Below, in pieces: positions 10,875 to 19,859 of a stretch of DNA of 64,000 nt. The stretch's first letter is position 1, and every line of letters starts with the position of its first letter. The stretch is from assembly GCA_963749495.1 (NCBI GenBank), contig CAVVMW010000006.1, forward strand, positions 928,001-992,000, written 5' to 3'. Made by a program: the position numbers and the translations under genes. The stretch is from an uncultured bacterium (lineage in GTDB: Bacteria; Verrucomicrobiota; Verrucomicrobiia; Limisphaerales; UBA8199). The notes under the pieces were generated by a model that saw only the letters and a list, made by a program, of their open reading frames with translations, was not told where the DNA came from and did no database searches.

Positions 10875-12727
10875 CTACGGCACGTACTTCACACGGAAGA
10901 AACCGGTGTTGCCGCTTGCGTTGACGTGCTGGGTGCTTGTCGTCGAGCTCGGGGTGAACGGGCTGCCGAGACTGGTCCAGGCCCCTCCCGCGACCGGGGC
11001 GAACTCCAGTTGGTAATTGTCGTAAGGCGACAGGCAACCCAAGTCCAACTGCAGCACAGGAGTCACCAGCGGGCCAAAGAACATCGCCGTTATCCGCATG
11101 GCAGGCTGCGTAATGAACGGCGGTTCGATGACGATGATCGGCGCGGTGTAACCGGACCCCGCAGCCAGAACGTTGACTGCGGTTACGACTCCATTGCTGA
11201 CTACGGCAACGGCCTGCGCCCCGCTTCCATCCCCGATGATTCTAACGGTTGGCGCATTCGTGTAACAAGACCCGCCATCGGTAAGGGTTGCGCCAACCAC
11301 AAACCCGTTCACGACCGTCCCTGTGGCAGTGGCGGCGCGAGGACTGCAGGGGCGCGAAGCAGGCACTGACTCGATGGCGTAAAGTTCTGCCACTTCGGTA
11401 AGCGACAACGCACGGTTGTAAAAGCGCAGATCGGCCATGCTTCCTTTCCAAGGGGCCGCCAGGGGATTCCCCCACTCGTCCCAGCCATTGCCAACGACGC
11501 CGATCCGAGGTGATGTGTCGCCAGGAACAGGACTTTGGAGCCCTGAGGTGTTGGTGAGCACACCGTTGAAGAAAACGCTCACTGTCCCACTGCCGCCCCC
11601 CCGTCCGCGAGCGTGAGCGCAAGCTGATTCCAACCGTTGGTGAGACCATAGGGAACCTCAATGATGTCCCACATGCCATTCCATGCGCCGAAATGCAGCA
11701 TCTCGTTCGGAGTGATGTCTATACCGAAGCAACTGCCTGGTCCTTGACGCCCCTCGTTATAGAGGGATGGCCAGGGATTGACAGTTGTGGGCTGCAGGGC
11801 GTACACCCAGGCAGACCAAGTCCAGTTTGTCTGGCCGGTGATCAAGGTCTGATTGACGATGCCATAGGATGACATGCCGTCGAAAGAGGCGGCTGGGCGC
11901 ATGTCCCCGGCAGAGCCAACGGTGGAGAACACAACATTGCTGAGGGTTAGGTCCAGGCCGTGGCCGCTTGCGTCTTTGCCGTCATCCGTCAATGGGTAAT
12001 ACGCGACCAGGCCGTTGGTGAGGAAGCTCGGTGGGGGCGCCGCCTCGGTGATCGAGAGACTGTTGACGGTCACCTCAACCTCTTGGTTGCAAAACGTTGA
12101 GGTGTCGGTCCATACACTTGCGACTATTTGATAATCTCCTGAGTAACCTGATGCTGAGCCGAGAAGAACCCAGGACGCACTATTGGAGTTATAGTAGAAC
12201 CCTGAAAGCGTTCCTCCATTGATCACCAGTCGGATCATTCCGCTTTGGTCAGTTGTGCTGGCGTAGGTGAAGGGACCTCCGCCAGATGGATAGAAGGTAT
12301 AAGCGTTGCCCGACGAGTAGGTCGTATCCTCGCGCAGCATTCCACCTGCGCCTACACCTGCCCCTACTAAGCCACATCCAAATCTAAGACCACTTGCAGA
12401 AGGCCACACGTTCAGCGAATAGTTCATCTCGATGGTGAAGTCACCACTGAGTGAAAATGTTGATAAATAATGCGCAGACATGTTGTATGCATAGGTAGGG
12501 TCCGGGATCGGTCCTGGCTGTGCATCGGCAGCGAAATTCACCTGAAAGCCATTCCCATTGTTCACATTATTCACCTGCACGCCCTTGCCATAGGCATTCA
12601 GGCTCCACGCACTACTGTCGCCGAAGTCGGCAAGTGCAGCCATGGAGACATTGCAGGCCAGTAGTGCTGAGAACATTGTAGGAGCAACGAAACGGGTGAT
12701 TGTAGAATTGAGACCAGTTGTTTTCAT
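10875..12727 (-). CDS. Secreted LamG/ConA-like domain protein (frameshift ~11600)
   Basis: Signal peptide; FLTNGLVAYYPL...DASGHG and DLRFYNRALSLTEVAELY (LamG-like); GSGAQAVAVVSNGVVTAV repeat; lower GC than flanks. Confidence 0.8.
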
Positions 12728-13304
12728 GGACGCTTTCATTTCGTCGGGAAGCCAAAATGTCCATAGCAACTCCGGTAAGCCTCAAGCCTCAGCGGGATGG
12801 GCAGTAGTCCCCGGCAACCACACAGACTTTTTGTGACGCCTACGGTTTTGAACCTCTTGCCAAGGGAATGCAAGCGAAATCCACCTGTCTCCCTGCCGCC
12901 GCGTCCACAGGCTCCGCCATCCCGCCGTCCCTGCCGGTCCGGGCTTGGCGCCGGGCATTCCCACTGAGTCGTGGCCAGGTCTGGACGCGCGGCAAATCGG
13001 GGCAGCCTTTGCGCGAGGCTTTGCCTTGGGGCGTCTGAAGGGCGGGGGTGGCCAAAGATGCCGGACGGGCGCCGGGCGGTTTGTAGGCCGAGAAACGCGC
13101 GCCCGCACCGGACCGGGGCAGGGGCAGGGGCAAACTGGCGCGGGCGGTCCCCACCGTCAGCCCGCTGTTGCCGGACCTCAGCCAGACGGGCGCCACCTCA
13201 ATCATTGTGTTGACTTGCCGGGCTGCAACCGATAGAGCTTTCGTCAATCAAACAGATTTTGCGTTTCGGTTGAGGCTTTGTTCGGAAGCCGCGAATTTCT
13301 CAAT

Positions 13305-13380
13305 GCAGAGGACGCTCGGGGTAAGTCGCACGGCGCGGACGCAAGCCCGCGCTGTTGCCTTTCCGAGGGGCGAGGGGCGA
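13305..13380 (+). repeat. ~75-bp direct repeat copy 2
   Basis: Matches 9912-9990. Confidence 0.85.
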
Positions 13381-13387
13381 GTGCATG

Positions 13388-13569
13388 AGGGCCGAAGGCC
13401 CGCAATGTGAGAGCCTGGGCTGGAGCGAGTCCGACGAGCGGAGGCCCAGGTCAGCCACCGTCGCGAACGTCCCCAGCCCTGTAAGGGCGTCACCCCTCAT
13501 GTCCCAATCTGTGGCCAACATCGTTTTCACCCCGTCTTCAGCACCAAAAGCCCTCTGCCGCCCTTACAG
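13388..13569 (+). mobile_element. REP-like element containing the first codons of an IS200-like (RAYT-type) TnpA, truncated by the adjacent IS
   Basis: GGGCCGAAGGCCC and GCCCTGTAAGGGC hairpins; 13499-13550 reads MSQSVANIV...VFSTK, similar to Y1 TnpA N-termini. Confidence 0.6.
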
Positions 13570-13626
13570 CAGAGATCTTTAGGGGGCAGATAATTTGACA
13601 TTTTGGAGGTTGGCCCGGTTGGCCAT

Positions 13627-15053
13627 TTACCTGAAGCGGAAATCGAGCTTGAAATTATGGAGCCAAGGGATTCGGGGATCGATCCCTTCCCGCGCCAGTT
13701 TTTCGGGCAGGTGCTCATAATGGCTCTGTAGCAGGGAGGCATTGGGCGGCGTTGTAGAGCGTCACGACAATGGTTTGCTCCTCGACGCGAACGTCGCCTT
13801 CGAGACCCTCAAAGAGATTGCGGGCGAAGTGAGTGGCATCCCACTGTTGGAATGGGTCGCCTAAGCGCTGGCGCAGTTGATGAATAGCCGCTTGGGCCAC
13901 CAGGACCATGCTCAGATGACCATAGCGAATGTTCAGGTTGAGTGTTCCGGCGCGATGCCAGCCCAGCGCCTGATCGAATTTAAAGAATTCCTCGACGCGC
14001 CAGCGCTGCGGATAGTCCTTGGTCAGAGCGGGGACCTGGGCCAGAACGGCCGTGCTCAAAAACCCTTGGTAGTGGAGATCTTCTGGGCGCACGCCGTTGC
14101 GCTGGACGTACTCGTAGTAAGTCGCCTCGGGTTGGGTCTTGAAGTGAAAGGGCTGGAGGCTGGTCGCGTAACCGGGCCAGTGCTCGGTGAAGGCAGCCTC
14201 GGGAACCTGGCGCCAGCGTTGCACCGAATTGCCGCAAATCGGCTTGGCGCAGAGCAGGTCAAAGAGGTTGTCCTGCCGCACAGTGGAGAAGAGTTCCTCG
14301 GCATAGTGTTCCTTATCGGACAGAACCAACGGTTTGTTCTGGGCGCCCGGGGCTACCCCCAGAATGTCGGCTGCCATGCGCAGCAACTCGGGGCTGGCCT
14401 GCGTCACCGATTGCGCCGAAGAAGCTGAGGGTAAAGCACACCGGCTGGCCGGTGTGACAATCCAACAGGAAAAAGGTCTGCGCCATTTTGGCTGGTTTTT
14501 CTTGGGAGCTGAAGCGGTGCCGGCGCATCTGACGCTGGCTGTAGCTGGTCATGCGGTGCGGGTCCAGAGCCAGCAGGGTGCCCTCGAAATGTTGGCTGGC
14601 GCGGCGCAATTTGCCCAGGGCGATTTGGAGTTGTTGGGCTTGTTGGACAGTGTGGGCCTGCAACAGTTCGTGGATGGCCATGTCGGTGGGCACGAAGGGC
14701 AAGCCATTAGCCAACTCGAAGCCCTTGTGCGAAAGGGTGCGCCGCTGGCGATAGGAGCACAGACACATGGCCGCTTCATTGACCAGGTGCAAGGCCAGAC
14801 GGGGCTCGACCCGTTCGGCCGGCAAGCCCGACCAGCCACACATCAGGTCCCAGGTGCCCAGACGCAAGTGCTCCGGCAGCAGGAGCCAAATACCGATTTG
14901 ATTGCCGGAGATTTTGTCCGCCAGGGCTTGGCGGATCTGTCGCTCCAGGCTTTTGGGATCGGCGGGCAACAAACGCTGTTTTTTGCGGGTGCGCTGGGCC
15001 TGGACAAACTGAGGTGGGTTGGCGGGATTAAGGGCGTAGAGTTTTTTTTGCAT
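13627..15053 (-). CDS. DDE transposase (frameshifted ~14420 and ~13740)
   Basis: LLALDPH, LVLSDKEH and YPQRWRVEEFFK (IS4-superfamily-like Y-R-E-K motif). Confidence 0.8.
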
Positions 15054-15056
15054 GCC

Positions 15057-15452
15057 CTAATCGGCGATGATGCGTTCGACGCTGCGGGTGCTGATCGCGA
15101 GGTGTTGCTGCCGGATTTTCTGGGCGATGACGGCGGCCGAAGAGTCACGATCCAGGTAGCGGCAGCGGACGACCAATTTGATGATGTCGGCGGTGCGGCG
15201 GTAATCGGATTTGGGTCCCGGGGTTTGCAGGAGCAGGCCCTCGGCGCCTTCTTTGTAGAAGTCGGCCAGGATTTGGTAATAGCGTTGGCGGGTGAAGCCG
15301 TATTTTTGAGCGGCTTTGGAAGGGCCCAGTTGTTCGCACTGGCCCTCCAGGAGCATGGCCAGGCGGCGGCAGATCTCGTCATCGTCGGGGACCAGGAGGG
15401 AGCCGCCTGGGCCCGTGAAGCTGAGGTGATCTTCGGAGAGAGAGATAATCAT
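15057..15452 (-). CDS. Helix-turn-helix ORF of the IS
   Basis: KAAQKYGFTRQRYYQIL...EGAEGLL...PGPK; in frame with the transposase across a single TAG. Confidence 0.75.
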   Translation of the reverse strand: MIISLSEDHLSFTGPGGSLLVPDDDEICRRLAMLLEGQCEQLGPSKAAQKYGFTRQRYYQILADFYKEGAEGLLLQTPGPKSDYRRTADIIKLVVRCRYLDRDSSAAVIAQKIRQQHLAISTRSVERIIAD

Positions 15453-15699
15453 GGAGGAAGGGTAAGAGGAGTGGGGGGATATGTCAAATAGAATGTGGCG
15501 GTCTTTCAGGCACTTAGGGAAGCTAATGGCAGTGATGATGTCGTAAAACGTGTGCGAATATTGGTATTTATGAGCGAAGGGGTCTCTGGCAGAGAGAGCC
15601 TTGCCGCCACATTTCATTTGACACAATGACCAAGCCCAAAAAGAGGGACAGGTTCTGATCTACTCATGTGTCAAATTATCTGCCCCCTAAAGATCTCTG

Positions 15700-16239
15700 C
15701 CAGCAGGGCTGCGTAGTAGAGCGCGCTGCCCAGGAGGCTCGGCGCGGCCACATAATAGCAGGCCCCCGCCCAGCCGGCCATCCAATGGCTGCTGCTGGGT
15801 GCGATTAAAACTGTCGGTCATCCAACGGCGCCTTTTTGCCCCGAAGGGGCTTCCGACAATAGCCCAACGTTTCAACGTTGGGTTGGATGCGCCGGCACCC
15901 CGAGTCCCGAAGGGACGGCTGAAACGCCGGAGGACTTCAGCCGTCCCTTCGGGACTTTGCCCATCTTCGCCTGGATCCCAACGTTGAAACGTTGGGCTAT
16001 TCTCAAATGTCCCTCCGGGACAAAACTCCCGGTACGCATGCCCGACGCCTTTGATCGCACCCGCTGCCGACCCGGATGCACTCCATGAGAAACCAGCCCG
16101 CATGGTTGAACAACTCCGCCACGGCGGGAAACCACGGCGTCGTCAGCAAACTGGCCAGGTTGCTCACCAGCACCAGGGCGCACAGCGGCACGGCTGTCAG
16201 GTTGGCCGGCGTGCCCACCGGCGTCACGACATGGAGATA
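15700..16239 (-). pseudogene. Duplicated internal fragment of comEC, interrupted by a repeat element
   Basis: High nucleotide similarity to 20768-21032 (VTPVGTPANLTAVPLCALVL...FNHAGWFLMECIR). Confidence 0.9.
15797..16062. mobile_element. MITE-like element with GTCCCGAAGGGAC hairpins (related inverted copy ~33030-33309)
   Basis: Ends GGGTGCGATTAAA and TTTGATCGCACCC; internal CCCAACGTTTCAACGTTGGG; absent from the intact comEC copy. Confidence 0.75.
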
Positions 16240-16468
16240 TTGTTTCCCATTTAAACCAGCGGTTTTCCTGGCATTTTGCGAACTTTCAGGAGTTGCCCTG
16301 AGAGCAACTACGAATGGTTGGACCTCAGTGATTTATTGATTAAGACGTTCGCTAACTGCTTTGATTTCATATCTTTGACTTCCTGATACAAAACGTGCCC
16401 CCACCAATGATACCCTTCGCGGCGCATCGTGCGCGACGAATTCTCTTTTGCGCTCCCGTCAAACCAGC

Positions 16469-16620
16469 GTTGAGTTCATGGGGGGCTCACGTCTGGGCGC
16501 GTTATCTTCGGTCCCGACGACGCCGAACCGGTTTTAGGCGTGACCGCCCTTGAATCGGTGGGCTCTCGGGTGGACGCCGCCAATCGCCCCCTCAGGCGAA
16601 TGCCGGCCATACCGCTGAAA
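16469..16620 (+). pseudogene. C-terminal relic of a clan AA aspartic protease
   Basis: VEFMG..GRVIFGPDDAEPVLGVTALESVG.RVDAANR.LRRMPAIPLK. Confidence 0.65.
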
Positions 16621-16777
16621 TCAGCCCTGCGGTTCGTTCAGGAGCAGGTGTGCGGTTGAATTAACCGCAAAGAACGCAGAGATCACAAAGAGAGACATCG
16701 GTTGCCTCGGCCTTTGCGTTCTTTGTGTTCTATGCGGTTAACTCTGCCACCTGTTCTAAAAAGGGGGCTGCCCCGGT

Positions 16778-17084
16778 TCACCCCCCCGGCGCCGCGGCGG
16801 TTTTCGGAATCTGGGCTGCCCCGGTGAGCCTGAGCCCGCCCATGGTCGTTAGCTCCCAACGGCCGCGCCGGAGTTCGAGGGTCGTCGCCCCTTCCCAGCG
16901 CGTATACACGACTGGCACCTGTCTCCTGCCCAGCCGTTCGCAGAAGCTCGGGCGCGCTCGCGCGGAGGAGGGGAATTCCGAGTCTGCCACCACGATGAGG
17001 CGGGGCCCGATGGCCTCCAGCAGGTCATCGCCCAGCGCCTCCAGCGCGCCCGGCAGTCCCGTCACGACGATGTCGGCCCGCAGG
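16778..17084 (-). pseudogene. Duplicated 3' end of comEC with a divergent C-terminus
   Basis: 16977-17084 is nearly identical to 20050-20157; downstream sequence is homologous but diverged. Confidence 0.9.
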
Positions 17085-17320
17085 GCAGGCAGGACTTGAT
17101 GAGCAATAGGCATGGTGAGTTCCCTTCTGATGCCGCGATTATCCGCAGGTTTGAGCTTGACGAGAGGCCAGTGCCGAGTAAAATCGGGCAAACGGGTCGA
17201 GCAAATGAGCGCGAGCGTAAACCAGTTCGCCCTTGGCCACGCAGGCTCAATAAACCAGCGGTGCGGCAAAAAGCAGACTTCTATCAGTCAAGGCAATAGA
17301 CCCAAGGCTATAAACCGACT

Positions 17321-19018
17321 ATGAAAAGACTAGCATTGGCAGGCATTGTAACCCTGGCCTTCGCCCTGGGTGGTTTTGCCCAAGGGATCATTGACCTGGA
17401 CAATTCTGCCGGGAACTACGGCTTGTGCGTCAATGGATCGGGCGGGAGGAACTGGTACTCCGGGACGTTCGGCATGGAAGTGTGGGAACTCAGCGGGGTG
17501 AGTGCCATTCCGCTTGGTATCAACTTCGGCCCTTTCGAGCTGTTTGAGGGTTCTGGCGCAGTGGCATACTACCACATGGTAGGCGCTGGGTTCAAGAAGG
17601 AGGCGACCTTCGCCAACCAGGCGACGTGCGGGTCCGCCTCCTTTTGTTTGGGTGAATGCGACATGCCGGATGTCAGCCCTGCAGGCAGCCAAGTCGTCCT
17701 TGCGCTTGTCGCGTGGAACACCTCGGACGCAAGCTTCAGTGCCATGCTCGCCAGGTGCGATCCGAATACCTGTGCTGGTGTAGTCGCCTTCGTCAACGCC
17801 ACTGGTGACCCCACGGCCAGCCCGCCTGGCACTCCCCAAGCAATCACGGGGTGGGACAGCGTCGGCGCCAACCTGGTCATGATGCCACTGGGCGACCGTA
17901 GGGGCGACTTGCAGGTCTCGATTAGTCCACCCAGCGTTGTCAGTGCCGGAGCGCAGTGGCAGCTGGATGGTGGGGAGTGGCAGAAAAGCGGCACAATACT
18001 AACCTGCCTGCCGTGCGGCCCCCAGCATACAGTAGCTTTCTCGAGTGTAACAAACTGGATCACGCCCCCAAGCCAAACCGTCAGTATTTATGCACCGGGG
18101 ACAGCCACAGGAACCTACATGCCAGTCTTTAATTACACCACCAATAACGGCGCAATCACCATCACGGGATACACTGGTCCTGGCGGGTCCGTGACCATCC
18201 CCAACACTATCGATGGGCTGCCGGTCACCAGCATCCGGGATGGAGCGTTCTACGGCTGCACCAGCTTGACCAACTTCACGATTCCCAACAGCGTCACCAA
18301 CATCGGAGTCGCTCCGTTCCAGGACTGCTGCAGCCTGACCGCGATAACGGTGGATGCTCTCAACGCCTTTTATAGCAGTGCGGGTGCGGTCTTGTTCAAC
18401 AAGAGCCAGACCACGCTCATTCGATGTCCGGGGGGCAAAGCCGGGAACTACACGATCCCCAACAGCGTCACGACCATCGGCGACTTTGCGTTTTATGCCT
18501 GCGGCAGCCTGACCAGCGTTACGATTGGCAACAGCGTCGCCAGCATTGGACGGTGGGCGTTCAGTTCGTGCACCGCCCTGACCAGCGTCATGATTCCGAA
18601 CAGCGTCACCAGCATTGGGGACGGGGCGTTCACTGGTTGCACCAGCCTGACGAGCGTCTATTTCCAGGGTAACGCTGCCAGTGCTGGCTCGTCTGTCTTT
18701 GACGGTGACACCAAGGCGACCGTCTATTATTTTCCTGGGACCACGGGCTGGGGTCCGACTTTTGCGGGTCTTCAGACTGTGTTGTGGAACCCGCAGATGC
18801 AGACCAGAAATGCCAACTTCGGCGTGCGGACCAATCGCTTTGGATTCACTATTACCGGGAACAGCGGCCTCATGGTCGTGGTGGAAGCCTGCACGAATCT
18901 GGTCAATCCAAGTTGGACTCCGGTGCAAACCAACACCCTCAACGGCAACTCGCTCTATTTCAGCGATCCCCAGTGGACCAACTATCGAAATCGATTTTAT
19001 CGTTTCAGCATGCCGTGA
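17321..19018 (+). CDS. Secreted BspA-type leucine-rich repeat (LRR_5) surface protein
   Basis: Signal peptide; repeats of IPNSVTSIGDGAFxGCTSLTSV; C-terminal VEACTNL..W...FSDPQWTNYRNRFYR. Confidence 0.9.
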   Translation: MKRLALAGIVTLAFALGGFAQGIIDLDNSAGNYGLCVNGSGGRNWYSGTFGMEVWELSGVSAIPLGINFGPFELFEGSGAVAYYHMVGAGFKKEATFANQATCGSASFCLGECDMPDVSPAGSQVVLALVAWNTSDASFSAMLARCDPNTCAGVVAFVNATGDPTASPPGTPQAITGWDSVGANLVMMPLGDRRGDLQVSISPPSVVSAGAQWQLDGGEWQKSGTILTCLPCGPQHTVAFSSVTNWITPPSQTVSIYAPGTATGTYMPVFNYTTNNGAITITGYTGPGGSVTIPNTIDGLPVTSIRDGAFYGCTSLTNFTIPNSVTNIGVAPFQDCCSLTAITVDALNAFYSSAGAVLFNKSQTTLIRCPGGKAGNYTIPNSVTTIGDFAFYACGSLTSVTIGNSVASIGRWAFSSCTALTSVMIPNSVTSIGDGAFTGCTSLTSVYFQGNAASAGSSVFDGDTKATVYYFPGTTGWGPTFAGLQTVLWNPQMQTRNANFGVRTNRFGFTITGNSGLMVVVEACTNLVNPSWTPVQTNTLNGNSLYFSDPQWTNYRNRFYRFSMP

Positions 19019-19564
19019 GGCAGAGGAGCAGCATCCACAATGGACATTTCACCCCCACATTTGCAGGCAGTGGCGCTTGGGGGCTTGGCGGAGCTCTGTG
19101 ATGCTCGGGCAGCGATCGGAAGAAAGTTATGGGCTTGATACTGGAGCACTCGATACTCCTCGGTCATTTGTTCGCCGCCGTGGTCCGGGTTAGGGATGAG
19201 GCGCTGGCGCTTGGGATCCACGACGAGGTCTAGTACCTCTAGCGGCACCTGGCCCAAGAGGTTGGGGACATTCTGGGGCACTTCGATCACGTCGAAGGTT
19301 TCGCGCCGGTCCATGAGTTCGAGTTCGACCGGCTCGTACTTGAAGTGGATGGCGTCGCCGTTAGTGGTGAGCGAGCGGACCGCATCGGTGCGGGTCAGGC
19401 CCAGCTTCTTGATCACCGATGGCTTGAGATAAAGGCGGGTGGCGCCGGTATCCACCAAGGCCTCGACCTCAACCGCGCGCGGCTTGCGCTTGGCCAGCTT
19501 GAGCCGGCGGAGAATGATGTCGCTGTAGTTGGTCAGCTTGATTTCGAACGATGACTTTGCCCAT
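18997..19564 (-). CDS. Clan AA (retropepsin-like) aspartic protease (frameshift ~19548; true stop uncertain)
   Basis: MGKVIV..IKLTN, ALVDTGATRLYL, NLLGQVPLEVLDLVVDP. Confidence 0.8.
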
Positions 19565-19635
19565 GGTGTCGCTCTGTTTCACAAGGGAATCTGTGCCCGC
19601 AGGCAGCGGGTGTCAATCGCCTTCGGCTGGTTCGC

Positions 19636-19859
19636 GTAAGGCCTCAGTGAAGGCCGGAGCGCCAAGGGGCAGACCCCTCACCCCGACCCTCTCCCCTTCC
19701 GAAGGGGAGAGGGAGAAGCATCGGCAGTCTCTTGAAGTTCCAAGCATCTCTGGTTCCTCCAGTGCCTGCGGGGAATTCTCCCTCTCCCCATCCGATGGGG
19801 AGAGGGCTGGGGTGAGGGGTCAACCGGGGACTCCCTCTCCGCCTTCACTGACCGGTTAC
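19636..19859. mobile_element. MITE-like element with TIRs and 8-bp target duplication
   Basis: Ends GTAAGGCCTCAGTGAAGG and CCTTCACTGACCGGTTAC; TGGTTCGC at 19628-19635 and 19860-19867; internal CCCCTCACCCCGACCCTCTCCCC doublet. Confidence 0.85.

Larger units (their letters stand above)
13570..15699 (-). mobile_element. Insertion sequence, 2130 bp, with 31-bp perfect terminal inverted repeats
   Basis: CAGAGATCTTTAGGGGGCAGATAATTTGACA (13570-13600) and its reverse complement (15669-15699) enclose an HTH ORF and a DDE-type ORF. Confidence 0.92.

Noticed and set aside
16662..16741. AACCGCAAAGAACGCAGAGA...TTTGCGTTCTTTGTGTTCTATGCGGTT as an ncRNA
   Set aside because: It looks like a short-period inverted repeat of the dispersed type; no recognisable RNA family.
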